Positions 1 through 12,199 of a stretch of DNA of 64,000 nt are shown here, in pieces; the stretch's first letter is position 1, and every line of letters starts with the position of its first letter. Source of the stretch: Raillietiella orientalis (Eukaryota). The DNA is taken from assembly GCA_036172245.1 (NCBI GenBank), contig JAYWIR010000031.1, positions 1,302,001 to 1,366,000 of the forward strand. The letters are read 5' to 3'. A program made the translations under genes and the position numbers. The notes below the pieces were generated by a model, which was not told the origin of the DNA, searched no databases, and was given only the letters and a program-made list of their open reading frames with translations.

Positions 1-2560
1 GCGCTCGGGGCTACGCGTGAGGAGGGGGCGACTAAGGGGGAACGAGGTCGCGTTGCTGCTGCCTCCTCATGGAGGCGCGCGCGCCATCCGGGAGGTGGCG
101 ACCCCTGCCCTGCCTCGCTCCCTGCCCTTCGTGCTCGGAGGCGGCGGCAAGGGAAAGAACGCGAGAAAACGCAGAACTTTCGGACCACCGACGCCGCGAG
201 AGGCGCTGATGCTGCGAACCGCCTTTCGCTCCTTCCTCCTCCCCCTCCCGTCTCTGCTGACGTCACCTCTGGGGTGCGGCGTCGGCGAGATGATCCGCGG
301 CGGCCAGCAAGCGGAAGACGCCAAGGCGAGGCCACCTCCGCTGCTTCCGTATCCAGGCGACCGGCACCTCTCCTCCCACCCTCCCGTCTCCAAGAAAAAA
401 GAAAAAAAAGCGCACCCGGAACACCGATGGATGTCACGTATCCTCCCCTTCGTCGCACTCCCTGAGGGAAATCCTCCACACGCACACGCAGGACCACAAA
501 ACTCAGCGGGCCGCCCACCGGGAGCCGCGTGCTCTGAGGCGTGCCCGTCTGCTCGCCAGCGGGGAACGGGAAGGGAAGGGAGAGAGAAAGGCCGCCCTGC
601 CACCAGGTTGGGGAGGGGTTATCTACCCGCGCGCGCACGCACGCACGTACGCACGCATACACACGCGCGCGCGCGCGCAACAGCACAAAAACGTCCACCG
701 GCAGCTCGCGCGTACACGCAACTACCCAGATCGCCGCGCGACCGTAAGCGCCCGGTTCGGTATCCACGGCTACGAGAAGGATGAGGAGGGCGCGCTTCGT
801 TTACGTGCCTCCACCTCCCTTCCCCTATGCACCCCCCTCCCTGCGCGCGTACCTCTCTCCTCGTCCTCCTCCTCTCCCCGGAAGTCGGCTCGCGAGGCAG
901 CGGCAGCAGCAGCGGTGGAAGACCCACGACCGACGGCGGGCATAGCAGCAGGGAGCGGCGGCCCCTCCTATCGCCCGCTCGCACGCACGCAGGGAACAGC
1001 GAATGGCGGCCGCGTCGGCAGGGAAGCTGCGCCGATCTCGCGGCGGGAGGGAGGGAGGAAAGAGGAGGGACAGGAACGGGGAGTGCCTGCGCACGCGCGC
1101 GGTTCGCTCCTCCCCCTCCTCCCCACACACACGCATACCCCTGCGGGATGGCACGCCGCGGGGGGAGCTCGGGGAAAAGGGGGAGAAAATGGGGTCGTTC
1201 GAGGGGGGATGCGCAAGCGCGCCTCCTTTCGCGGCAAAGAAGCTTCGCGCTGCCGCCGCTCGTCCTCGCTCCCTTTTTTTTCAAAATAAATGGAAAAACA
1301 AAAATCGCTCTTTGCTTTTCTCTGAGCGTGCGCGTGCGCCCGTCTGTCCGCATGCGCTTTGCCCGTGGTTTTTTTTTTTTTTTTCTTTTTCCTTTTTTTT
1401 TTTTTTTTTTTGGGTTTTCGTTTACCTGCTGCGCAGCTGCAGAAGTCCCGGCGAGCACGCGGGCGGGCGGGCGACTACACGAACCACCACATACGCACTC
1501 CCTCCGTGCACCACGAGTCGCATCCACTGATTCAATGGTGACGTAGCGGGCGCGCAGCGCGGATTTCGCTCCGGCGGAGCGACTCCGCGGCGGCCGAGAG
1601 CAGCGGCGGCGGCGCAGGGCGGGCGACCTCGCCAGCCCGCGGAACGAGGGACGGAGAGAGAGGGGGGGAGAGGGAGAGGGAGGGAAGGAAGGGGCGCTAG
1701 GCAGCTGGGCAGGCCTCGCGCAGACATCCAGGTGGAGAGGGCGACCAGGAATGGGAGGGAGGAGAGAGAGAAGAGAGAATGGACCAGGCAGCTCCCCGGT
1801 AATGCTGTGCTCTCCGCGGAAGCGCAAGAGACCGCCCGCATGGAGACAGTCCGAGGGGATCGGGGGGGACGCCGGAGGAGGAGTTGCGAACGCCGTCCCC
1901 TTCCTTCCCCACTTCTCTCCCTCCTCCCCTTCCCGATGTCTTGGGAGATATCCTCGCACGCGCCCCGCCTCCTCCTTTCCAACGAGCCAGGAGCAGCAAA
2001 TTCGATTTTTCCCCCTCGCCCTTCCTCGGGGACATCCCTCCTGCGCTCCCTTTTTCCCTCCCGTTCCCCCCGCGCCGCGTTCGCGGGAGGCGAGGAGAGC
2101 GCTCGTTTTGCGGGAGCAGCGAGGGACAAACGCCGGGAAGCGGCAGGCTGGGTTGGGGCGACCGGACGGGCGTCCTTACGGCGACTCGCGCGTTCCTCCC
2201 GCCGCCTGGACCGGCGTTCCCAGGTTGCTGCCCCTGCACGGGCGCCGCGTGCAGCTTCTCCTCCGTCCCTCCCCCGGCTCGGACCTCGACGGACTCGAGC
2301 TGACCTGCGGGCGGCCTGTGCGCGCGTGCTACCGGTAGCGCTGCGCGGGCGCGGCGCCGACCGAGCCGCTTCCGACCTGCGCTCCAGCCCGATGCGCAGG
2401 TTTCAAAAAAAGTCCCCTTCGCCAGCAGCCTCCGTCTCAGACTCCGAGGATCCTGGATGCTCCGTGCGCGGAGCGCGGCACAGAAACCATGGACACGAGA
2501 AGCGCGGTCGTGTCCTCTGCGTTCTCTAAGCAGCCCCGGGTGGGGGGGGGGGAGAAAGGA
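1..2560. other. Very GC/CpG-rich low-complexity region, possibly regulatory DNA of a neighbouring gene
   Basis: 48/60 G+C at 1561-1620; (CG/CA)n run around 627-677; poly-T at 1368-1411; no ORF with a recognisable domain. Confidence 0.3.
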
Positions 2561-2599
2561 AAAAAAAAAAAAAGAAAACATGTTTGCGCCGGCTTGACC

Positions 2600-5500
2600 T
2601 TCCGCGCTTATCTCGCGCGGTTCATTTTCTACAATCTGATTTCAGCCGTGGAAGCCGCGATCGGTTTTCAAGTGCGCAGCGGGCAGCAGCACGGGTTGGG
2701 GCCGGAGAGTGCCGTCCGAATTCTTCGGTTGCAAAATCGTTGCGCCGATAGCCGCCGCGTCAGCGCTTCGGAGAGGGCCGAACCCGCGCGCGTCAGCAGT
2801 GCCCGGATTCTCGCGAGTTTTGACCTCTCCCCGCTCGGCCCGGCCTCTCTGCTTTCTTCCTCGGAGCGCATACCCGTAAGGGCGCGAGGACTTCCTTGCC
2901 GCGTGGGTTTCTGTTCCTCCCCTCCGTCGAACGTTTCCTCCTCGGAGACGCCCGAGGCGTCGCAGCCCTCGTCGCCGAGTGCTTTTTTCGCCGGTCCCCA
3001 GGACGACTGGGGGCGTCGAGGCTCGCCGGTCAAAAAGTATCCTCCGGCGTTCGACGCGACTCGTCCTCCGTCTGGAGCCCAAAACGAGGGAGGCTTCGCC
3101 GACACCCCGAGACGGGTTCGCGGCCATCGTGGTGGCAGCGGCAGCCCTGGGACCTTGGAAGGGAGAGGGTGGGGGGCGCCCTGGCTTGCTCAGAGGGAGT
3201 TGGTGAGGAGATACGCCTGTTCCAGCAACATTCCCTGCATTCAGGTCTTGCCTACGCGGAAGCCTTCTGCCTCCCATCTCACCAAAGCAGCTCTTCCGGT
3301 TGGTCCAACTGGAGATCGGAGGTCCCTCGCTGCATGGATGCCAGCTTCCGGATGCCTTTCCTTTCTTTACTCTCGGAGACCGGGAAAATGGAACAGGCGA
3401 CGACAAAAAAGCCCGGGAAAATGGGGCAGGCGACGACGTGTCACACCGATCACAAATCGCTCTCCCCGCCAACGTGTCTCTTGAAGAAGTGCCACGGACG
3501 GACAGACTTCCCGACCGTTCCCATCTGGCGCGTGCCGAGGCAGGCAGGAGCGCACTCGGGAGGTTTCTCGGCAGAAGGGATGCCATCCCAAGTGCCAAGG
3601 ATGCTTTCTCTTTCACCCGCCGAGTGACACCCACTTCGTTTTGGGGCCGCGAAGCGGACCGTCTGGAATTTGGAGGGTCGTCCCCTCCTGAGGGGAGGGA
3701 GTTGCGCTGCTCCGGCAGAACACGCTGTGCGCAGGATCGAACGATTCTTTGTGCAGAGTTTCGAATGCGCTCCCGTGTCCCAGGGAACGATGCAGGAGAG
3801 GTACGGCAGATGCGACGGGCCACTTGGGATTGCTGCAAGAACGCCGGGACAGAAGACGCTCAACCGATGTCTGCGCCTGCTGCGAGGGGATGCCGGGAGA
3901 CGCCCGAGCGGAGGACGGCAGCCGTTCCTCCGTGCAAATCGCTCGAAGGAAGGCGGTGTTTCCGTTTCTTTCCGTGGAGAAATTTCCACAGATGCTTGCA
4001 CGACTCCATCGAGAGGAGAGAGAAGAAGAAGAAAAACATGCACTTGCAAATGCAGTCAGGTTTTCTTGCGTTTTCACCGCGCTTCATCTCCCTGGGCAAG
4101 TACGGGAACACCTGGGAAGGATCGGCTGACTCCTAAGCAAAACCAGTTTCCTCCGCGAAGAAAGGTGACCGCTCGCGGCATTTCAAAACGCATGGAGGAT
4201 GAACGTCGGGCACAGAAGGAAGCCGAAGTCTATTGCGTCGCCTGCAATCGCGATGGGAAAACAAGATGGTGGTCCTACGGCAACTCGTGTCCTCCCATCC
4301 GATTCGCTGCGGCAAATACGTGCTGGGTAGCGAAACCAAAGATTGAGGTCTCCGCCTTTTCTGTTCTCACATTCGCATCAAAGAAGCGTTAACCGCGCCG
4401 GTGGACGGCGCGTCTGAACGCGTGGAGGAAAGAGACGGGAACTCCGGGAAGCAGGTGGTTAATTGCAGCATTCTGCGGCTCCAGCCATTGTTCCGATCTC
4501 TGAAGAACGCATTCTTCAAGATACCCCCCCTATCCGATCGAAGATGATCTTGCAGGGAGCACGGAGTAGCTGGCAGCGAATATCCCGGGAGATCTCAGGT
4601 ATTTTCATACGGGCTGCTTCCGTGAAAAGATTGATGGGAGACGAAGGAAGACGCGGAGGAGTTTGAAATATGAGAAGTCCTTGCAAAAGGAAAGGGAAAA
4701 CAGCCGGCCATCTTGAGCAAGATGTCGCGCATCGGGCAAAAAACCAATTTACGATTGTCTCAGCCTGTCAGATGACGTCCAGATAAACCCAAACAATGAC
4801 GATGACGAAACGAACGCTTGCAGATGTGAAACGCGCTGGCGCGCACGCATCTGGAAGGAAAGTTTCCCGTGAAGCGCCAAGCTCTCTCGGCCGCTTTTCG
4901 GATGCCTTGCCATATCTGATCATCGCCTCCTACCAGAGATGTCGAAATCACATGCCTGCTGCTGCTTCTCGGAGGGCGTTGGGAAATGGCAGGGCTACCG
5001 AAGCTTTGGCGGCCTCCTGGACGCGGTGTCTCCATTTAAGTTCAGGGTGGAACCCCCGCGCGCGCGTCTCTCTGTCTCTCGAAGGGAATCATCCAGGGGT
5101 CGTTTTATCGATTAGCAGCAGAAAGCATCCGGGAGCCACGAACGCTGAAGAGACAGCCTCCCATGGCATATCGGTAACCCTGCTCGCGAAGACAAAAAAG
5201 CCTCTCTCTTTAGCGACAGATGGCAGGTGTCAGGGCAGGCCTCGCGTCAAATGCATCTTCGGTGTCCACATTCACGTTTCGGGAAGGACGGTGCCTAACA
5301 CTGGCGTCATGGCTCAAATCCGACATCCTCAAGTCATCAGTACCGAAGAGACCGGGAACAGAACGCGAGGGGAGAAAGGGCGAAAGTGTGCAGTTTCGTG
5401 CGCTCAGCGCCGTATCGATTGGGATGATTCAGCTCGTGGAAGTCCCTCAATAGTGGAGCTGCACTCCCTTACTTCCCCGTTCCGATCTCGATGCTCTCGC

Positions 5501-6100
5501 GCGGTTTCCGGGCCCAGCTTCCTGCACCCACTTCCAGTGCGCTTGCGGAGGTTCCGACTCCGTAGCCCCCCCCCCCCCCCCATGCAGCACGCTTCCCACG
5601 GGAAACCAGAGGCCGACAGATGATCGGTGGTCAGTGGAACTCGTTTACTCGGATCTGCGACATGGCTGGATGCCGAGTTACGATGGCCTGCCGTCCAGCA
5701 CCCCCCCCCCCCCCCACTGTGGAAGACTACCAAAGCCTAAACCAACGCGAGGTATTTCCCATAGAAGGCAACAGTGGAGGGAAATAAATCCCCCGCTGTT
5801 GCTTCGAAACGCATCTCATCGGGAAAGCACGACGGCAGGACCGACCTGCACCTTTCCGAAGGGATACCTCGAAGGCTAAGATTTTGTCTCCCGTTTCCGT
5901 CGGCTCTTCCAGAAAGGCGATGTTTGTGTTTCCCGTGTTACTCGTTGGAACGGAATCCGCCGTCTTTACGCGTTTGTTTGCTGCTTTGCTGGCGCACAAA
6001 AAGTCTCCTTGTTTTGATAGCCTCCACCACAGGGACTTCGCGCTGCATTTTCGAAATCAAACGAGAATACATAAACAACGCTCGGTTAAGAGATAACGTT
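2600..6100 (+). mobile_element. Decayed L1/Tx1-like non-LTR retrotransposon ORF2 remnant (EN-RT-C-terminus)
   Basis: Eroded motifs in the expected order across frames: PTGDRR..RRPGKWN (SDH..G.WKLN, about 3305-3395), RMRSRVPGNDAGE (RSR..W..GE, about 3765), NSCPPIRFAAANT (NYRPISLL, about 4285), NNDDDE (YADD position, about 4795), WNPRARVSLSLEG (W...LS..GR, about 5050), ISVTLLAKTK (about 5170). Limits approximate. Confidence 0.6.
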
Positions 6101-6149
6101 TCGAAATCAAGACCCTGGGAGCAGTTTCCCAGTTCTGCAGCTCATGCTC

Positions 6150-6563
6150 GTCGTGCAGCCGCCAGTCGAAAGATTCCTCCTTCCTTTCACGGCGCACCGG
6201 AAAGAAACGGGAGAGCGAGCCGGGAATGACCAAGTTCGGAAGCTTCTTTCGGGAAGAAAAATTGGGATGCTTTCATCGCTCCGCCACCACCACGGTTCTC
6301 TTGTAACGTCGGGTCGGGCTTCCAGATCTTCAGCTTGACGCAAACACTCTCCCCGTGTTTCCCGCAGGAAATGTCGGGGAATCCATGACGAGAGGGGAAA
6401 ATAGCCGGTAACTCTCCAGCCTGGAACGCCCTCCGTCCGAACACTCTCAACCAGTCTTTTTAGTGGAGAGGTGCCACCTTCTGGCAACGCTGTACCACCT
6501 TGGAAGATTTGTCGCAGTCAGACCCTCTCCCCCCTCCCCGAAAGGCAAAGACCGTGGCTTTTG

Positions 6564-6599
<36 letters not shown>

Positions 6600-7300
6600 C
6601 ACGACTCATCTATCAAGCTTCTTCTCTCTGTGAATCCACAAATTCTCCGAGGTCTCTCCTTCCTTCAGTTGCCTGCGCTCCTCCCGCCTTCCGCTCTGTT
6701 GAAACGTTGTCTCCAGATAAAATGGTTCCCCAGCCCAAATGATCCTTCGGCAAACCACGTTCCCGACAGGAAAGAACGAATTCCACCACTTCGGATACTC
6801 GGTATTCACCTGCGGTCTTCTCCCATTTCTGAATCCGGGATCGTACTGATGATGATGACTTCTTCAACACCTTCCTGCTGTCATCTAATGGCGGCATTCT
6901 TCTGGACTCTGCGATCCACCCCTCATCCAGCGATGCTAGCGAGGAAAGACTCCCTCTGTTACGAGGAGACCAGCGTCCCAGGAACAAGCGAAATTTCTCT
7001 CTCCAAGCACTGTGCCCCGGGGCGCCTGCAGGGGGGACTACAGGGGCAGATAGTGGTGCACTACGATCGCAGCAACACCCAAGTGGACAGCCTCCACCGT
7101 CTCGCTCTTCTTATGAAGGCAGCGTGAAAAGCGTTTCGTGAATTGCTGGCCAGGAGGAACTCTGTCGGCCATGTCGGACGAGAGAGTCTGCGCATTACCT
7201 CCTCCCTTTTCCTCCCCGGAACGTGCCGACGAGACCACACCCTGGCCCACGCGGAAGAACCCGTGTGGAGCAGAAGGTTCGAAAATCAAAGCTACATCGG
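6150..7300 (+). mobile_element. Decayed L1/Tx1-like RT fragment
   Basis: DQVRKLLSGRKIG (Q.GF..GR.I, about 6230), LSQSDPLPP (RQGDPLSP, about 6510), PLRILGIHL (YLGI, about 6790); interrupted by an (AT)n tract. Confidence 0.55.
6566..6596. repeat. (AT)n microsatellite
   Basis: About 15 perfect AT units. Confidence 0.95.
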
Positions 7301-7830
7301 TATGGTTACTTACCACAGCAGACCCTCTCGCCGCCGGCGCTGAGTGCACTGGAAGGGGAGCGACTTGATGCGTGTCCTTATTTTCGAGCACCCTGCTCGG
7401 TGCTGTGCCTGCAATGGGGGCGAGGGGTAACTTTCTTTAACAACCACGCTTCTCCTCAATGCGTTTTTGCTCTTTCGCCACCGAAATGGTCTTCGACATT
7501 CTTAAGAACACTGTGCATGTCTTTATTGTTCTTAGGAACCACGCTTTTTTTTTTTTTTTTTTTTTCTTTTTGTTTCGAATGAAAGAAAAACATCCAAGAA
7601 TCGATTTCGACAACTGCACTCGCGTTTTTTCTTTCTTTCTTTCTTTTGTTTTTCTCTTGTCTCCTTTCGGAGTACTGACTTCGGGAATGACCTACTGGAT
7701 CTCCGATACCATCTTTCGCACGGCACTGCACTGCAGTTCCAGCCTCCTTCGCCACTTTGCCACGTTCCCTTTGCCGGATGTAGGTGGAGACGCAGTCTGC
7801 CACCCGCTCGCACCACCGCGACGTTCCTTT

Positions 7831-8946
7831 TCACTCCACGTTGATCTTCAGGCTGCGCTCCTGGAGCGGCTGGCCGCTCCTCTCGAACTGCTCGATCAGT
7901 TTCCGCACGAAGACGTGCACCCCGTCCAGATCCATGCAGCGCAGCAGGTTGTGGAAGAGAAACCAGTCCCCGACCCCGAACCTCCTGAGGACGGTGTCCG
8001 TGAACCGTTCTCTGGTCTTGGGGTCCACCGTGGTCAGCCGGATGAAGAGCAGCCTTTTCCGAAACGAGTAGCTCACTGTGTACGCTGTCCTGTACAGGAG
8101 GGTGAGGACGTTCAGCAGAAGAAGCAGCGCGAACCACAGCCAGAGGATAAGGAATATCTTCTCGTTCATGATGTTGATGGCCAGGATGCACAGAGAGTCG
8201 AATATCTGAACGCTGCCGCTTGGCCCGAAGGCTTGGAATGTGCACTTGGTCATCCTGGGAAAGAGGACGGTCATGGGGTCCACTGAGGATCCGGCCCTGC
8301 TGCTGAGGTATCTCAAGACCTCCACCCCGTAGTAGAGGAACTTCTTTCCCAGGAGGAGCACGGAGATGGACCAGTTCGCGACCACCATGAGGAGGTTCAT
8401 CGCCTCGCAGAGCACGTATTTGGTGTACCAGGAGTTGTGGTAGGACAGGTGCCTCTCGAAGTACACGGATAGCAGCTCCAGGTGCTTTTCGAACTTCTCC
8501 CTGTGAAGCAGGCTCTCCAGGTGGCTGGAGCTAGAGAAGTTCCTGTCGTCCCAGTACTTCCACAGCGCGTGGGGAAAGTGGAACAGCAGCGCCTCCAGCG
8601 TGAGCACGAACGGGACCCACATGTAGAAGGAGTGATGGAGGGTCTCTTCTCCTGGGCCGTAAGGCCCCACGTTGGGGTGGGACAGCTCCCCGGAGGCGTG
8701 GCTGCTGGGGACGGTGAAGGTGCCCTGCACCCAGCAGTACACTTCCAGGGTGCGGGTGGGGATCACGCCGGAGGGGTTGACGCAGTTGATGGGGCTGCCG
8801 ACGAGCTGGTAGAGCGTGCACAGGAGGGTGCAGACGACCACGAGGCTGACAGTCAGGCGGTAGTGGACCCAGAACGCCAAATTGTCGTTGCTGAAGATGT
8901 GACTGCGCAGCTTGATCTTGCGGGCGTAAGTGATGAGGCGCAGCAT
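7831..8946 (-). CDS. Innexin (gap-junction/hemichannel protein), divergent paralog, single coding exon, 371 aa
   Basis: Uninterrupted ORF with innexin hallmarks: DNLAFWVHY, GSPINC, YCWVQGTF, HSFYMWVPF (the YYQWV position), DPMTVLFPRMTKCTF, GPSGSVQIFDSLCILAINIMNEKIF, GDWFL; four hydrophobic segments; strongly G/C-ending codons. Confidence 0.97.
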   Translation of the reverse strand: MLRLITYARKIKLRSHIFSNDNLAFWVHYRLTVSLVVVCTLLCTLYQLVGSPINCVNPSGVIPTRTLEVYCWVQGTFTVPSSHASGELSHPNVGPYGPGEETLHHSFYMWVPFVLTLEALLFHFPHALWKYWDDRNFSSSSHLESLLHREKFEKHLELLSVYFERHLSYHNSWYTKYVLCEAMNLLMVVANWSISVLLLGKKFLYYGVEVLRYLSSRAGSSVDPMTVLFPRMTKCTFQAFGPSGSVQIFDSLCILAINIMNEKIFLILWLWFALLLLLNVLTLLYRTAYTVSYSFRKRLLFIRLTTVDPKTRERFTDTVLRRFGVGDWFLFHNLLRCMDLDGVHVFVRKLIEQFERSGQPLQERSLKINVE

Positions 8947-9049
8947 TTTTGCGCCAGAGGGGGCGGAGGAGGAGGAGGACGAGGGGAAGAACCCTTTCCG
9001 GACGCCGGATCTTTAGAAGGGGAGCGACGACGAAGACGAGGAGCAGAGG

Positions 9050-9900
9050 AAGCGGGATGAGAGGCCCTGTGGAGGTTTCACCTTGCCGCGAGACGACGGT
9101 CCTGGAAGACAAGAGACCGGACAGTGGCGAAGAGGTCTCGGGAAGGGTCGTCGGAGGGAAAGGCTTGCAAGCTCTGGGCATCGAGGGGAGTGCGGGGAGG
9201 CCGAGGCCCCCCCCTCTCTCCCCATGCGAGGAGGGAGCGGAAGGAGACGAAACGTGTCGGCAGAGCGAAGAGGGAGCGGTTGCCGCCACACTCGGAACAC
9301 TGGGATCAGCAGCCTGGAGCGGGCAAGGAGGGGACGTGTGGAAGGGGAAGGGGGAGCCACGCGGATCCCCGCCAGGGAGCAGGGCTGTCGCGCGGGATGG
9401 ACGGGCGGATGTTCAGGGAAACGCGACCAGAGCGGAACTGAGCTCCCGGGAGGAACTCGGGATATTGCCGCTTCCGGGACGCCCGGTACAGACGCGCGCG
9501 CGCCGCACGGGAAGCGGAAGCCCGGATTGGCAAGGCGCCGATTCCGTCCGGGAAAGGTGCCTGCTCCCGGCGGAGGAGGAGGAGAAAAAAGAAGGAGAAG
9601 GGGGAGGGGGAGGAAGAGAGGGGGAAGGAAGGAGGGCGGAGGAGAGTGAGTAGGCGATCTTCCCGTCGAGGAAGCCGGCACCCTCGTTCTCCCTTTTCCT
9701 CCTCCCCCCCATGCCGCTTGCCATGGAGGTCAGCTGACCGCGGTTCTCTCTCCGCCCGCGCAGTTGAGTCCGCAGATTTGCCTCCTTCCCTGCTGCATTC
9801 CCTCGAGGGATTCCCGGAGGGGGAAGGAGACCTCTAGGGAAGAAGATCGCAGAGCCCCCTTCGGACCCAGGAAACGGCGCAGCCTTAGAGTAGTTCCAGG
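9050..9900 (+). mobile_element. Possible very decayed RT fragment directly upstream of the innexin start
   Basis: DSGEEVSGRVVGGKGLQALGIEG resembles D.EKAFDRV....L..LG; TCRQS lies at the expected RQG position. Weak. Confidence 0.25.
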
Positions 9901-10269
9901 ATGAGGAAGGATTCACGCGTGACCTTCGCGAGGCGCGGCGGGGGAGGATCTCGAGGAACCCGTCGTCGCCTAAGAAACGAGATGACTTCGGGCGCGACGG
10001 CGGCTTGCGCTGCACTCGTCCTCTGCAGGATGACGATGACAAGGACGACAGGTGCCGTCGCCCCCGGGATGGACCCTCATCGTTGCCACCATGCGTGGGG
10101 AGAAAGGATGAAAGGAGGAGGAAGCGGAGGAGAAGGAAAAAGGGAGGAAGGGAGGAGGAGAAGGAGAAAAGATGACAGCGATAGCACTCGTGGCGGCCAT
10201 TCTCTTCTCGAAACCAAACAAGTCCTCCTCCTCCTCCTCCTCTTCCTGCGCTCGTCCCCCTGCGGCGCT

Positions 10270-12000
10270 CAGACAGCTGCTTTCGAGATCACGGGCACCC
10301 GGTTGATCGACTTCATCGTCACTTGGCTCCTCAGAGCGGGTGACGTCAGGCGGCTGCGTGGGGAGGGAGAGATGGGCCGGATCTCCCACTGCCTCCAGAA
10401 CTCCTCCTGAAACCTCGCCAGACGCCCCACTTTTGGGAGCTCCGGAAGTGCAGGCGGAGCGTTCTGCGATGTTGCCGGAAATGGGGATGCGAGGGTTCTC
10501 CCGGAAGCAGTTCGCTCCCCGTCTTCCCCTCCCTTCGTGCATGGGGGCCATGCGAAGGGCACCCGTCACGATCTCCGGTGACGCGGGACGCGGGCAGGTG
10601 GAACCCTCAGCGTCCACGTGCCGGCCCCCTCGTGTGAGGGACGGACGAAGGAACGGACTGCAATCTCCCACGACATCTGAACGAACACCCTTTGACGGAG
10701 AGGCTGCGCGAAAAGGCCGACTCCGATGGCACAATCGTGTCTCCCCTAGGGCTGTCCCTGTGATGATCCACGGCGCTCGGGAAGAAACGAGAAGAGTGCA
10801 CTCCACCTGAAGCATCGGGAAGCGCGCCGCAAGAAGACTTCCCGGATGGACGAAAGCAGATCTGCCTCACTGCTGTGGACAGAACCCTTTTGCAAATTCC
10901 CTGGCCTCCTAAGCCCCCAGTGGCCCCGATTAGAGGACTCGGACAGACTTCCGTCCGAGGAGCGGGAGAGAGTCACATGGGCGCTCCCGGTTCGAGTCCA
11001 GCTCGGGCACTGAGACACAACCCCATAGGGCGCTCTGGACTTCTGGAGCTCCCCGTCCGACGGAAAAGGTGCGGGGGAGTTTGCCGTTCTCTGCCGTCCA
11101 GAGCGAGCAACCCGGTCCTGTGCCGCGGCTACCCTTCGCGAGCATGCCAATCGCTCCCGATAAAGAGTTGATCTTCGATCTTCCTCCCACCATGCAACGC
11201 GCCACTCCATTCCCAGCATCTTTCTCTTTCCTGGCAGGCGGTGATGTAGAAGAGGAAGATGTCCCTTCTCCTGAGCCGCCAGACTCCTCTCGTGAGGATC
11301 GGATGCGACGCTAAGTAGGGGGCTTCCCCTTCGAAGGCGCCTTCCCCACACGGGCACGCGGAGCTGTGGGAGAGGGATCGCAGGCGCGTCCGCTGCTCAC
11401 GCGGGAAGACCTTGGCGTCGCGTGGGGAAGGGGTGGTGACGTGTGCATGCATCGTCGGCATCGCCATCCTCATCATCTCCCGCACTCCTTCAGCTGCGTT
11501 CGGCGACGACGTAGTAGGAAGGGAGGAGGAAGGAAGGGAGGGAGGAAGAGGAGGAGGAGGGGGAAGAAAGAAGAGGAGGAAGAGGAAGAGGAAGGGAGGA
11601 GGAAAGATGGCGACTGCGACAGCATTCGTAGAGGCCATTCCCCTTTCGGGCCCAAAACGAGTCCTTCTTTGAGTGCATGACCCTCGGGTTCTTCGCCCCA
11701 CGCCGTGGGCTGGCACTGAGCCCGCACAGCAGCCACGCCTCAGAGGTAGCTTCTACGCACCTTGGTTTTCTGGATGTCCCCGGGGAGCCATGCCACCTTC
11801 ATTCAGCTTACCGAGGAGTACAGAAAAGCCGTGCTAACCCTCTTCCCCTTCCCTGCTCACTCCACCTCTCCCCTTCCTCCCCCGCGAGTGCGTCTTGCGT
11901 GAAAAATGCGCGCTCCCGGGCTACGAGGGGCCTCTCCCGTTTAATTAATCAGGGCTTCCCGCGCAAATGCAGTTCGGATCATTTCCTCTCCCGGTTCCTC
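10270..12000 (-). mobile_element. Decayed, internally deleted L1/Tx1-like ORF2 remnant
   Basis: Minus-strand order: GSPG (about 11780), SPLLSVASD (RPISLL..D, about 11310), RCMVGGRSKIN (Q.C.V.GRSI.DN, about 11190), NRERPCDSLPLL (GVRQGCPLSPLL, about 10970), FQEEFWRQW (C-terminal F...W, about 10400). Confidence 0.5.
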
Positions 12001-12199
12001 GGAAGTGAAAGTCCTTGTCCCAGATAGGATCTAATGGGGGAATGTGGATTGTAAGGAAGGAAGGGGGGAGGGGATCTCCCATCCACATTCCAGGAAGTGA
12101 ATTATTTCGCCCGCCCCCGTATCGATCAGTAGGGACAGTTCCGAGGGGAAACGGAATTTTTTGAAGGTCAGCAGGGATTCGACTTGGGGGCTGGGAGCG

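Noticed and set aside
17..2581. Long overlapping ORFs of 200-446 aa on both strands
   Set aside because: Arg/Pro/Gly/Ala-rich, run through homopolymers and microsatellites, and contain no domain; expected by chance at this GC content.
7831..8946. Viral innexin (vinnexin) or endogenous virus
   Set aside because: No viral genes or segment-boundary repeats nearby; a host paralog is simpler.
7459..9289. ORFs overlapping the first innexin (7459..8286+, 8482..9060+, 7532..8245-, 8531..9289-)
   Set aside because: Shadow frames caused by GC-rich codon usage of the real gene.
10380..10420. FQEEFWRQW as a BEL/Pao integrase C-terminal motif
   Set aside because: No integrase, protease or LTRs; position fits the end of a non-LTR ORF2 remnant.
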